64,000 bases of DNA from a virus. Lineage: Duplodnaviria > Caudoviricetes. Below are positions 9,306 through 18,926 of this stretch, in pieces. The first letter of the stretch is position 1, and each line of letters starts with the position of its first letter. Below the pieces are notes generated by a model. It had not been told where the DNA came from and ran no database searches. It saw nothing but the letters and a program-made list of their open reading frames with translations. The stretch spans positions 151,804 through 215,803 of IMG/VR virus record IMGVR_UViG_3300017565_000002; one strand, written 5' to 3'. The translations under genes were made by a program, and so were the position numbers.

Positions 9306-9318
9306 GGAGGTAATTACC

Positions 9319-10326
9319 ATGAAAAAAGCAGAGTTAATGAAAATCCCGGCCAAGCATTTTGGTCTACCCAGTGCTCGCAAGTTCCCCATGCAAGATGAAA
9401 GACATCTTCGATCAGCAATTGCCTATTTCTATACGGCTAAGTCAAAAGATCGTAGAGAGCTTGCAAACAACATCGTTCGTCGGCATAAGCAACTGAAATC
9501 CGGTGTACGTATCTCTAAAAAGAATCCACTGTTCAAGTATGTCCCTCCGAATATGAGGAAAGAACAGGAATCCTCCAAGTTAATGAGTGAAGCGACTGTA
9601 AATCTGCTGAAAGGTATTTTGAACGAAGAGAGTAGGCAGATCTTGGAGGCATTACTAAAACAAGACGGTATCACGACCGTGGATGATCTGGATTCGGCTG
9701 TTCCGGAGACTTATGCATCCCGTGAAAAATTCCTCGGTACACTGAAGAGTGTGATCATCAATGAAGATGAGGAAGAGGATTGTGACTATGTATTGATGTA
9801 CCGTGACTATAATGCCAATACTAACCTCATGAATGCAAATAATGGCGGGATAACCGAATCCTCGGCTCCTATCCTGCTTGTCTATGACGGTTCATTGAAC
9901 GAAACAGCCGCTCTGAACCCTGTTGTAGACCGTGATCATATCCAATTCTCTGCAATCCTCAGGGAATGGAATGAGTTGTATGTAAATGGACACCGAGATC
10001 TGTATTACGATCGCTTGATGATTGAAAGCTGGACTGAATATGCACAAACCCTGATGGATAACCATTCAAATATACCATCCAGCGAACTTGAGCAGAAACT
10101 TGCAGATATCGGTTACGTTAAAACTCGCCATGGATTCCAGTTCAGTATCAATGATAAAGCAATTGAACTTGGATACCCATCTGATCTGCCCGACATGGAT
10201 TTTGATGAAGAACAGATGTCGGATATCTATTCGAAGGCTATTACGTTGAATATGGTAATGAAGGGGGATAGAAATGCAGATACAAGCTACTACGACCACT
10301 CGGTCAGAAGATCAGCAATCGACTAA
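9319..10326 (+). CDS. Virion protein with N-terminal DUF6582-like domain
   Basis: HFGLPSARKFPMQDERHLRSAIAYF matches the FGLPxxRKYPLxDxxHVRSAI pattern; several IxE/LxE motifs. Confidence 0.65.
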   Translation: MKKAELMKIPAKHFGLPSARKFPMQDERHLRSAIAYFYTAKSKDRRELANNIVRRHKQLKSGVRISKKNPLFKYVPPNMRKEQESSKLMSEATVNLLKGILNEESRQILEALLKQDGITTVDDLDSAVPETYASREKFLGTLKSVIINEDEEEDCDYVLMYRDYNANTNLMNANNGGITESSAPILLVYDGSLNETAALNPVVDRDHIQFSAILREWNELYVNGHRDLYYDRLMIESWTEYAQTLMDNHSNIPSSELEQKLADIGYVKTRHGFQFSINDKAIELGYPSDLPDMDFDEEQMSDIYSKAITLNMVMKGDRNADTSYYDHSVRRSAID

Positions 10327-11380
10327 CCCCAAATTCTATCCTTGCTATCTCAACGTAAATCGTGTTCGGTCTACAACTGCGTTCGGGTGGAACGGCCTCT
10401 ATGGTGTTCGAGCCAAGGTTGAGGCTGAAGATGAACTTGTTACTCATCTTCGGTCTTTATCATGGATAACGGACAAGTTCGACGATTATAAGATACAGGA
10501 ACTTGCAAGATTCTACTTGAATCATGCAATGGTAATTCGAGAACTCCAACGGTTTGCATATGCCTATATTCTAAACTTTATGTCTATTAGTAAGACGATC
10601 GAGCAAGAGAGAAATCCGTATGATAACGATGAATTGATCGACACTTGGGAGCGTAAGTTGTTAGAGTGGTATGAACGCTATCGGACGGCCGAATCTTTAA
10701 TCGAGAAAATATGCTACGAGCAAATGCTCTCTGATATTCTCTGGAATCCGGCGTTCGACCCGAGAGACCCTCGGATTGTAGATTTCAACCTAAAACAGTT
10801 GGAGAAATTCAAGCTAAAGGTCACAAACATGGTCCAAGAGTGGGATGACGACGTAATCACAGAATCATTCCAGCAGGTAGACATTCCTGATTTTCCGATT
10901 GAGCTTTCGGAATCTATCAAAGAAGGTATTAAACGGATTAAAGCGAAACTGAGTCCGAAACGTTATACCTTCGATGTGGATGAAGAAGGTACGATCTTAA
11001 TCAAGAAAAACTATCAAGCAGATCTAATTAGATATTATAAAGGTGCAAACAGACTCATGAAGCTTTATAAACGGCAGATGAAACTTGATGAGTTGAAAGC
11101 GGAATTGGCGAAGATTTACTTCATCAACGAACTGATCGAAACGAAGTACATCTTCAACCAACACATGACAGAGGAGGAAAGATCCAAGTATAAACAATAT
11201 GCGGACCTAAGGGCGAATGTACTGAGTACGTTCAAGATGAACTTGGAGTTTGTCCTCCAAAACGAGGATAACTTCAACTTCATGCATTACTATGAAAACT
11301 CACCATATGCGAGTGTCTTAAAGGTATCACGGACACAGGTTAGTGGTGTTAAGAAGGTACTTAAGGCATTAATTATCTGA
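10274..11380 (+). CDS. Conserved jumbo-phage virion protein (368 aa)
   Basis: Own RBS AAGGGGG; overlaps the previous gene by 53 nt; helical C-terminal domain. Confidence 0.6.
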   Translation: MQIQATTTTRSEDQQSTNPKFYPCYLNVNRVRSTTAFGWNGLYGVRAKVEAEDELVTHLRSLSWITDKFDDYKIQELARFYLNHAMVIRELQRFAYAYILNFMSISKTIEQERNPYDNDELIDTWERKLLEWYERYRTAESLIEKICYEQMLSDILWNPAFDPRDPRIVDFNLKQLEKFKLKVTNMVQEWDDDVITESFQQVDIPDFPIELSESIKEGIKRIKAKLSPKRYTFDVDEEGTILIKKNYQADLIRYYKGANRLMKLYKRQMKLDELKAELAKIYFINELIETKYIFNQHMTEEERSKYKQYADLRANVLSTFKMNLEFVLQNEDNFNFMHYYENSPYASVLKVSRTQVSGVKKVLKALII

Positions 11381-11384
11381 CGAT

Positions 11385-11414
11385 AACCAATATGGGGATA
11401 TCCCCATATTGGTT
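11385..11414 (+). terminator. 30-bp perfect palindrome / terminator
   Basis: AACCAATATGGGGAT|ATCCCCATATTGGTT followed by TATTT. Confidence 0.7.
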
Positions 11415-11435
11415 TATTTATAAAGGAGGTCGGAT

Positions 11436-12014
11436 ATGTATAAGCTACGAAGAAAGACTAGAACAGTTATTACCTTTACGGGTCATCGGCCTAATAAATT
11501 ATATGGATACCAATGGGATACACCGGGTAATAAAATTATTATGAACCGTCTTACAGTTGCTATCCTTAACTGTATGAGAGACAGTGGGCATACGGAATTT
11601 TTATTTATCTGTGGCGGTGCATTGGGCATCGACCAAATGGCATTTCATATTCTGACGGAACTGAGGACGAAACTTTCATCTAAATATAAGATAAAAATCC
11701 AATTGGCTATACCGTTTAAAGATCAACCAATCAAATGGAATGATCAACAAGATCGAAATCGATATCGGAAACATCTGCTACTCGCTGACGAGATTGTGTA
11801 TGTAGATACGTTGGAAAAATATGATCGATGTAAGGATGTTCCACATGGCGCATATCATAAAGATAAGCTTTTAATACGTAACGAGTACATGGTAGACCAT
11901 GCAGATCATATCATTGCTACGTGGAACGGGGACAAACAAGGTGGGACAGCACATTGCGTGAGATATGCTGATAAAAAAGGTTGTTTACGCACAACGGTAA
12001 GTCCACTTATTTAG
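11436..12014 (+). CDS. YpsA/DUF1273 SLOG-family protein
   Basis: ITFTGHRP, GGALGIDQ, IPFKDQ, RNEYMVDHAD, GGTAHCVRYA. Confidence 0.88.
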   Translation: MYKLRRKTRTVITFTGHRPNKLYGYQWDTPGNKIIMNRLTVAILNCMRDSGHTEFLFICGGALGIDQMAFHILTELRTKLSSKYKIKIQLAIPFKDQPIKWNDQQDRNRYRKHLLLADEIVYVDTLEKYDRCKDVPHGAYHKDKLLIRNEYMVDHADHIIATWNGDKQGGTAHCVRYADKKGCLRTTVSPLI

Positions 12015-12026
12015 GGGGTTATTTAG

Positions 12027-12554
12027 ATGAATTTCGAAATGTATGGATATGTCGTTAAACAGATAGATCGTCTATATAGAATGAAAGAAGATATCATCCA
12101 AGTTTACCGCAAGAAAAATGTTGAGGGATTATACGACTACGAAATAAAAATCTTAAACACTGATACTTGGGAACTTCCGGTCCACCTAAACAACTACAAT
12201 GTCGATTACGTCATAAACTTCTTGGACAACCCCGGCTATCTCGTAAACTTCTGCAATACCCTTAAGCAGACGATTCTGAGACATTGGCCAGCGGATGATA
12301 TGCACGCAAAGTATAGTGTCGAGTTACTTGACTACGTAGCCGCTCGTGTACAGACACTGGGATACTTCTTATTGAAGACCGAAGGCAATATCAGTGTTAT
12401 CGCACAAGAGGATGATGATAATTTCCTTGAGGTGATGGATGACATCACTGTTGACTTATTGCAAGACCTTAAGAAATCGGATAAGGAATCACGGAAGGAA
12501 CTTAGATATGGAATCAATCGTGCAATGCGATATTCACTCGCATACGTCAACTAG
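12027..12554 (+). CDS. Hypothetical protein (175 aa)
   Basis: ORF with RBS; no recognised motif. Confidence 0.65.
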   Translation: MNFEMYGYVVKQIDRLYRMKEDIIQVYRKKNVEGLYDYEIKILNTDTWELPVHLNNYNVDYVINFLDNPGYLVNFCNTLKQTILRHWPADDMHAKYSVELLDYVAARVQTLGYFLLKTEGNISVIAQEDDDNFLEVMDDITVDLLQDLKKSDKESRKELRYGINRAMRYSLAYVN

Positions 12555-12571
12555 TATCATTTATATTTTTG

Positions 12572-12586
12572 GCTATATATTATAGC
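12572..12586 (+). promoter_or_regulatory. Putative early promoter TATATATTAT in a GCTATA-tat-TATAGC inverted repeat
   Basis: Lies in an AT-rich intergenic region; the same motif recurs upstream of five other non-structural genes. Confidence 0.55.
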
Positions 12587-12711
12587 TGTGAACATGTCGG
12601 ACTATATAGTATTATATTATACGTCCTACATGTAATTAATGGATTATACATTATTTAGTCATCTGAATAATGTGTGATTGATAACCATATCCTGAAAGGA
12701 GATTTTTATCA

Positions 12712-13374
12712 ATGGGAGACGTGTTAGATCAACTGAAAGGTTCGGTTTCGCAACCGGATATCGAAATCTTCAAAATCGGTCCGGAGGCGGTAGATGAGTT
12801 CATCTCCAGACTTCTGGTTGTCATGGGTGCGATGCCGAATGATATTCGCCACATCATGGTAACGCACGAGCGCAAGAAATTGCGTATTGCAGCTGTGATT
12901 GACAAAGACTCGGAAATCTTCAGCCGTGAAGAAGAGTTCCACAGCAATCTGTCCTTGCTCGGGTTCAATCAGTCGAAAGAACTGACGATGAACCGGAAGG
13001 CCAAAATGGCACTTCGCGAGTTCGGTTATTACTATCAACCGGATGAAGACGAAGACGATGGTGACCGGGGTATATACCTCGTGACGCTTGCGAAAAGCAA
13101 GAAAAGCGTCGAAATCGAGTTTGACACGGAAGTCACCATGGCCATCATCACCAACAGCGATTTTACCGATCAGTATTTCTCGATTGACGCCTCCGAAGAG
13201 GTTGTATACAAAAAGAAATACGAAAGAAAGAAATTCAAAGGCAAAAAGAAAACAGCGGTCTTCGCCCGGGTATACCGGAGCTATCAAGCCGACGGCTTCT
13301 ATGATCCGGAGCAGGTTCAACGGTTCCACACTGGAGAACCACTGGATGACGAAGACGACGATGATGAAGATTGA
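12712..13374 (+). CDS. Hypothetical early protein with acidic and basic patches
   Basis: AAAGGAG RBS; visibly GC-richer codon use than its neighbours. Confidence 0.75.
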   Translation: MGDVLDQLKGSVSQPDIEIFKIGPEAVDEFISRLLVVMGAMPNDIRHIMVTHERKKLRIAAVIDKDSEIFSREEEFHSNLSLLGFNQSKELTMNRKAKMALREFGYYYQPDEDEDDGDRGIYLVTLAKSKKSVEIEFDTEVTMAIITNSDFTDQYFSIDASEEVVYKKKYERKKFKGKKKTAVFARVYRSYQADGFYDPEQVQRFHTGEPLDDEDDDDED

Positions 13375-13390
13375 TCTGTTTCGAATCAGG

Positions 13391-13417
13391 GGAATAGTGG
13401 CGTGATGCCACTATTCC
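13391..13417 (+). terminator. Intrinsic terminator
   Basis: GGAATAGTGGC-gtgat-GCCACTATTCC-TTT. Confidence 0.75.
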
Positions 13418-13464
13418 TTTCGTTTGTAAGATATTCATTTTTTAAAAATTGAGGAGAGTTTACA

Positions 13465-14367
13465 ATGAGCGAAAAAGATATGGGTATTAGAAGATATCGT
13501 AACTGGTATCCAACGGTAGAAACGTACGAATACTTACTCAGCTCCAAATATTCAAAACACATACTAAGCGAAATGATGCCTAATTCGAAAAATCCCCCAC
13601 CAGCTAGAATGATACAGTATAACCACCTGCTATACTTCATGCAATTCTACGATACGGATGGGATATTTGCACAGTCGTATTCCAATCTCATCCGCGACTT
13701 GGATGAAAATCCTGGCGTGTGGGATAACGCTCATTTCATGACGAGGTTGCTCGATGTATTTGCCACTGAACGTTTCAGGAATGCAGTTAAACAGTTGGTT
13801 GATCTCAATTTCTTCACAACATCCTCGGATACTCAAATGATGGCTTCAAGTATGCGGAAAATAAAGCAAAAACTACATCCTGAATGGAGCTATTCAGCCG
13901 ACCAACTATTGTATCTGAGTTTTACATTAAGGATGTTACAGGATGTGTATGCACGCTATAGATATTATGAAACACGATTTGGTTCGAAAGCATTCGGTGA
14001 AGGAGAGTATGGTCAACATCTCTATCAGTTTAATTTGGCTCTATTGAAAATGATTTTACCGGTGCGTCCAGACATGGATTATGCCACATTACTCGATCAC
14101 TGCAAAGTGTGTATTAGGGGTCATGTGGTTGGCAACTATTTCATGAGAACACAGCCTGTGCCTAAAATTGCCGATGCGCTTGCTGTGATAATGATAATGG
14201 AACTTCCGGAGTATCTTAGCCTTGACAAACCGGGCATTTATGGTGCCATGATGGCATGGTTAAAAGGTGCTCTACCATTTAGACTTACAGCACAACTAAG
14301 AGACAAGGATTCGACACTCGGGGCACCTGACGAAGTGTTGAGGGATAAAAAAGATGGCCAAAATTAA
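13465..14367 (+). CDS. Hypothetical protein (300 aa)
   Basis: GAGGAG RBS; no recognised motif. Confidence 0.7.
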   Translation: MSEKDMGIRRYRNWYPTVETYEYLLSSKYSKHILSEMMPNSKNPPPARMIQYNHLLYFMQFYDTDGIFAQSYSNLIRDLDENPGVWDNAHFMTRLLDVFATERFRNAVKQLVDLNFFTTSSDTQMMASSMRKIKQKLHPEWSYSADQLLYLSFTLRMLQDVYARYRYYETRFGSKAFGEGEYGQHLYQFNLALLKMILPVRPDMDYATLLDHCKVCIRGHVVGNYFMRTQPVPKIADALAVIMIMELPEYLSLDKPGIYGAMMAWLKGALPFRLTAQLRDKDSTLGAPDEVLRDKKDGQN

Positions 14368-14770
14368 ATGTGATATTCGTAAAATGATTGGCACGCTCGG
14401 CGAGCCAGATAATAGCAATAAACAGCCGGTGGTCGCCATTGTCTCATGGAACGATGGGGATGAAAAGGTAAATATTCGTCACCAGAATATTGTAGATGGG
14501 ATGCTTCTTAAGGGTATCTCCCTAAGCTTCGAGGAGACAACACAGTTGATCTACAGGCTTTTGGGGAGCGAAGACATCGAATATGACCCAGATATGGCAA
14601 TTCAATTGATTCAAAATCATATTTCACAGAGACAAAAGAATTCTAAAGATGATGTCCCATCCGATGAAGATGAGGTGGATATCAGCCAACTCATGATGTC
14701 ATTGGATCTAGAGGATAAGCCTTACGCGCGAACAGAGAGTGGTCATATCAAATTGGTAAGACGGAGGTAA
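14354..14770 (+). CDS. PC4/YdbC-like single-stranded DNA-binding protein
   Basis: IGTL..., VAIVSWND, NIRH, KGISLSFEE match the PC4/YdbC pattern (ISWN...DIR...KGITL..EE). Confidence 0.7.
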   Translation: MAKIKCDIRKMIGTLGEPDNSNKQPVVAIVSWNDGDEKVNIRHQNIVDGMLLKGISLSFEETTQLIYRLLGSEDIEYDPDMAIQLIQNHISQRQKNSKDDVPSDEDEVDISQLMMSLDLEDKPYARTESGHIKLVRRR

Positions 14771-14785
14771 TTCTCCCGTCTTACC
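14755..14785 (+). terminator. Intrinsic terminator
   Basis: GGTAAGACGG...CCGTCTTACC followed by a T-rich tract. Confidence 0.7.
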
Positions 14786-14812
14786 TTTATTTTTTATAAA
14801 GGAGAATCAGAG

Positions 14813-15886
14813 ATGCTTCATAAAATTATCAACATGCATCGAATCAAGTTCGATGTATTGAATGAAATCTTGACACCATTGCAGCACCATCGGATGGTTA
14901 ATATTCATATCGATTTACACAGCATTTTGGCTGATCTATATAGGGCTGATAATTACGAAGAGAGTAATTGGCTAGATACAAATAATACAGTGGCTATATC
15001 ATCTTGTATTATTAACCTCGTAGCCCACTACCGTCTCTTCTTTCATAAACACTACAGGGCATCTGTGCGTGTATTCTTCTATTTTGCAGATGAAATTCCT
15101 CGAAATAATGCAGAATATCTGCCCGACTATGGCAGTCTATTCTTTGACAAGTATCGGAAAGACAACGAGAAGTTTAAACCTGTCAACCATGAAGTGTTTG
15201 GGAATCTGAAATTGTGTAAAGCAATAATGCCTTACATACCGGGCGCATACTACATCGATTGTCAGAATATTGAGCCGATTGTGGCGGCAACTCATTTCAT
15301 GATGAAATACAACGAACCTAACGTTGTTATCACAAAAGATCCATACTGGTTCCAGTGTGTTAATGTTTTATCACCTACGGTAATCTTACGACTAAAACGA
15401 GATGATTCCTATCTTGTGACAGTCAGAAATCTCTATCAAGTATTATTCCCCAAAGGAACTGCATATGAGGTCAAGTATATCCTCCCCGATATGCTATCGA
15501 TTGTCTTCTCTTTTAGCGGGATCTCATCCAGAGATATAAAGGGAGTTCCGGGATACGGCTATGTCAAGATCTGCAAAATGTTAGACATGGCTATTGATCG
15601 ACACCGAATAACACCGGGCTATACCCATATCAAAAATATATTAGATGAAATCTACTCTGGACCAGATCAAGAGACACTTATCAACACCTTCAAGGCTATC
15701 GATCTGAGGTTTCAGATGAATGAATTAACCTCTGCTCAGAAAGAGAAGCTTAATAGTTGTATTGTGTATCGATACAACCGGAAAGATCTTCTCGGGCTGA
15801 ACCAGAAATACTATACGGGGGAGAATTCATTAATGCTTCAAGAACTTTTCATAAATGTAGGGAAGTTCGATACATTATCATGGTAG
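14813..15886 (+). CDS. 5'-3' exonuclease / T4 RNase H-like (FEN family), possibly degenerate
   Basis: N-terminal IHIDLHS, VVITKDP, and H3TH-like SGISSRDIKGVPGYGYVKICKML. Confidence 0.6.
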   Translation: MLHKIINMHRIKFDVLNEILTPLQHHRMVNIHIDLHSILADLYRADNYEESNWLDTNNTVAISSCIINLVAHYRLFFHKHYRASVRVFFYFADEIPRNNAEYLPDYGSLFFDKYRKDNEKFKPVNHEVFGNLKLCKAIMPYIPGAYYIDCQNIEPIVAATHFMMKYNEPNVVITKDPYWFQCVNVLSPTVILRLKRDDSYLVTVRNLYQVLFPKGTAYEVKYILPDMLSIVFSFSGISSRDIKGVPGYGYVKICKMLDMAIDRHRITPGYTHIKNILDEIYSGPDQETLINTFKAIDLRFQMNELTSAQKEKLNSCIVYRYNRKDLLGLNQKYYTGENSLMLQELFINVGKFDTLSW

Positions 15887-15897
15887 GAGGAGAATAA

Positions 15898-17118
15898 ATG
15901 CTACGACCGGTTGGTGAGTTGTATAGCTATCGTTATACAATCTCAGATATCAAGGTTACTGTCAAAGGATCGAATGAGAATCCGGTTATTCTATCCCAGA
16001 ATGTACGATCAATCTTGATATCCCATCAGTATAAAAACAATATTATTCCTACAATACAGGTGACGGCAGCAGTTGAGAAGAATTTGTATACGCTCCTATC
16101 CTCATCGGATAAAGAGATATCCATGCTTATTATTATCCATAAGTATGCAAAAGATTCAACCTCAAAGGCAAAGGAGCTTGTACTCTCTAAGACTTTCTCT
16201 GTATTCAACGAGAGTGATTTCCAACCGGACGAGATGAAGACCTTGTACGGGGATGAGGAACAATCCGATGGGTCGATAGATGGATCAACCACTCAGCAAC
16301 TAATGAGTTCTTCTTTCTATCTGGTTGATACTGACGTATTGACACGCTATCGAGTTGTCCGATCTCTCTCGGCCAAGTCATCTACCATTACAGATACCAT
16401 TGGTGCGTTATTTGCATCAAGAGGATTTAAGTCGTTACTGATGAATAAAGTTCCTGAGGATAAGCAGCAGCCGATATTTATTCCATCATATAATCTATAT
16501 GGCTCTCTGGAATATCTGAATAATATGTATGGCATCTTCAATACAGAGTACATCTTCTACATGGATATGACTGAAAATTATCTGCTGGATAAAACCTCTT
16601 TAGGAAAAGCAGTTCGGGAAGGGAAACCTTCAACTGTGAATATGTATCTAGAGGAGTTTTCATCTGTGGAGTCAGCAGATTCCGGATCGACAATCCATAA
16701 TGGAGCATTTGTTATTAACTTGGAGCAACCACCCGTTATCAATAAGATTGACACTCACAGTGAATATGTCGAAGGTACAAATATCATCGGGGTAAATACA
16801 GAGGGTGATATCACACGATTAGAGGGACAAGAGAATGGGTTAGACCGGATGGTAATGGGGTATAATAAAAAAATCTTCCGGCAGTTACAGTACAATACCA
16901 AAGAGAAACTGCACATCATTGCTGTAAACCTTAACGATATTGATATCACAGCAATTGCCCCTAATCTTCTATATACGATCACTGCTCACTCGAAGTTTCA
17001 GTCTGCAAATCCCATTAGTGGGAAGTACAGATTGAATGAAGCTACGATCATAATGAATAAAGAGACAGATAGTGATTTCGTGCTTCAGTGTAGCGCGATG
17101 TTTATGAAACTACAGTAA
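15898..17118 (+). CDS. Probable baseplate hub protein (gp27/Mu gp44-like)
   Basis: Size ~400 aa, beta-rich ends, IFIPSYN..SLEYLN..YG and C-terminal GKYRL pattern; inferred from fold pattern only. Confidence 0.4.
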   Translation: MLRPVGELYSYRYTISDIKVTVKGSNENPVILSQNVRSILISHQYKNNIIPTIQVTAAVEKNLYTLLSSSDKEISMLIIIHKYAKDSTSKAKELVLSKTFSVFNESDFQPDEMKTLYGDEEQSDGSIDGSTTQQLMSSSFYLVDTDVLTRYRVVRSLSAKSSTITDTIGALFASRGFKSLLMNKVPEDKQQPIFIPSYNLYGSLEYLNNMYGIFNTEYIFYMDMTENYLLDKTSLGKAVREGKPSTVNMYLEEFSSVESADSGSTIHNGAFVINLEQPPVINKIDTHSEYVEGTNIIGVNTEGDITRLEGQENGLDRMVMGYNKKIFRQLQYNTKEKLHIIAVNLNDIDITAIAPNLLYTITAHSKFQSANPISGKYRLNEATIIMNKETDSDFVLQCSAMFMKLQ

Positions 17119-17119
17119 A

Positions 17120-17145
17120 GCTGAGAGGGAATCTCCCCTCTCAGC
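17120..17145. terminator. Bidirectional terminator
   Basis: GCTGAGAGGG...CCCTCTCAGC between convergent genes, T-tract on the plus strand. Confidence 0.7.
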
Positions 17146-18145
17146 CTTTCTTTTTTTGTGATCTTAACGCTGCTGACAGACATCTAACATAATCGTTATA
17201 TGCTGTCTCCATGGTTAACATTCGTGCACCGTTAACCTCATAGCATGCTCGGGCATACACCTGACGACTATTGGCCAAATTCTTGACACCCGTAGCTGTC
17301 TTTTCTCCTTCATTACCACCTGATTTAGCTGGATCATCCGATTTGTTTTCTTCTTTCTCCACATCACCTGACGTGGCAGGTTTGTCCTCAGTATCCTCCA
17401 GCATAAGCATGATGGATTCCATAATGAAGCTCGTTTCATTGATGGGTGCAGTCTTCACCTTACCGGCAGCCCTACCAATGATTTCAATTAGCTTTTTATT
17501 CTGAGCAATTACCTTATTTGCATTCTGTTCGTAGTTTTCCACATACTGAATCATACCAGCCATATGACTCAATAATGTCTTTTTGTCTACGATGATTTTA
17601 CTGGATTTCCCCCGGAAATAGGTCTTAGGATCATAGACTGTTTTGCCGTCTACCTGAATATAGAACTCTTTGAAGTATTTTTCCTGAAAGGTGGATTCGG
17701 ATGAAAGAGAGTTCATAAACTCCTCATTCGATTCTTGAAATTCCGGGATTTGGTACGAGACAAGTTTAGATAGGTTCGTCCAGTATGGATACATTTCGTA
17801 TTTGAAGTTATCGGCTACATTCGCATCTGCTAACTGAGACTTAACCCTTGTAACCCATTTCTTATTTCTCCCTGTTAATGATGCGACCAAGTGTTCAAAC
17901 TTCCGTGTCAGCTTCTCAATGATCTCAACAATCCGTTTGAGTGCATTTGACAGGTTAGTTCTGATCTTAGCCGCGTCTTCAGTCAGGAGTTGAGTTTCCA
18001 TTATGATATTTACACATGACAATGCAGAACCTTTGATTTCTAACATATAAGCTTCCCGTATGACATCCATGTAAGCAAATTCAAGCTCAAAGGAGGAGTA
18101 AGACTCCTCCAATGAGGTAGCTGGGAAGTCGAGTACCATATGCAT
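17141..18145 (-). CDS. Internal head protein paralog (processed, amphipathic helix)
   Basis: LLTE|D followed by KRIVEIIEKLTRKF amphipathic helix, as in phiKZ-type inner-head protein families. Confidence 0.6.
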   Translation of the reverse strand: MHMVLDFPATSLEESYSSFELEFAYMDVIREAYMLEIKGSALSCVNIIMETQLLTEDAAKIRTNLSNALKRIVEIIEKLTRKFEHLVASLTGRNKKWVTRVKSQLADANVADNFKYEMYPYWTNLSKLVSYQIPEFQESNEEFMNSLSSESTFQEKYFKEFYIQVDGKTVYDPKTYFRGKSSKIIVDKKTLLSHMAGMIQYVENYEQNANKVIAQNKKLIEIIGRAAGKVKTAPINETSFIMESIMLMLEDTEDKPATSGDVEKEENKSDDPAKSGGNEGEKTATGVKNLANSRQVYARACYEVNGARMLTMETAYNDYVRCLSAALRSQKKKG

Positions 18146-18163
18146 ATCAATCTCTCCCTACGC

Positions 18164-18913
18164 TTAAGATGTGCTGGAAATAAATTTGACTGTAGATACA
18201 GGTATAGCAGTAGGTGAGTCAAATTCTTTGGAGCCAGCACGATGAGTATAGCAGAAGTATTTTCCGGTCTCAGCATTCTTACCGAAGGAACACTCCGTTT
18301 CGCCATACTTTGCTTTAACTGCTTCTCTTTCATCTGGTGTCAGAGGTACAATTTCGCGCTTACGCTTCTTACGGCGGGTGGCCTCTTGGATTAACTCTAC
18401 CCGTTCGGAACCAATGATACTTTCCAAAACGGATAAATCGTTAAACTCTTTCTCGGCGGCTCCTGTGTATACACCCTTGTAAACTTTAGTCTTCTTCGAC
18501 CCGATGAAAGAGAGTGCTTCTTTACGATGATGACCATCGATCAGAATAGCTTTCCCATCAGATTGAGGTGTAATGCCGTGGAGTTTATCAACGACTACCA
18601 ATGGGTAATTATTGTCTCCACCTTCTTGTTTTATCGTAGAAGCAATTTCGAATACCTTGGTGTTATTGACCGGTTTATCAATACCCTCGATATTTTCAAC
18701 ATCCATCGTTGCTTCCGACCATTTATAATTCTTGGCAAAACTCAGTGCAGCTTCTACGTTGGGCTCATCGTATTCGTGACTTGTCGCAACGCCGTAAGCA
18801 ACTGCTTTTCCAATTGGGTCATTCTTAAATGCGTCTTCCAATACAGGAATCTTCCCAGCCTTATTACGTTTAGTAGGAAGTTCTTTTGCTTCACGTAGCA
18901 GATTACTAAACAT
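18164..18913 (-). CDS. ParB/sulfiredoxin-like domain protein with a small C-terminal domain
   Basis: YPLVVV...ILIDGHHRKEAL; start refined to the ATG giving MFSNLLRE|A. Confidence 0.7.
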   Translation of the reverse strand: MFSNLLREAKELPTKRNKAGKIPVLEDAFKNDPIGKAVAYGVATSHEYDEPNVEAALSFAKNYKWSEATMDVENIEGIDKPVNNTKVFEIASTIKQEGGDNNYPLVVVDKLHGITPQSDGKAILIDGHHRKEALSFIGSKKTKVYKGVYTGAAEKEFNDLSVLESIIGSERVELIQEATRRKKRKREIVPLTPDEREAVKAKYGETECSFGKNAETGKYFCYTHRAGSKEFDSPTAIPVSTVKFISSTS

Positions 18914-18926
18914 CCGAAACACCTCT

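Noticed and set aside
12724-13329. 201-aa minus-strand ORF
   Set aside because: Shadow of the GC-richer 220-aa gene.
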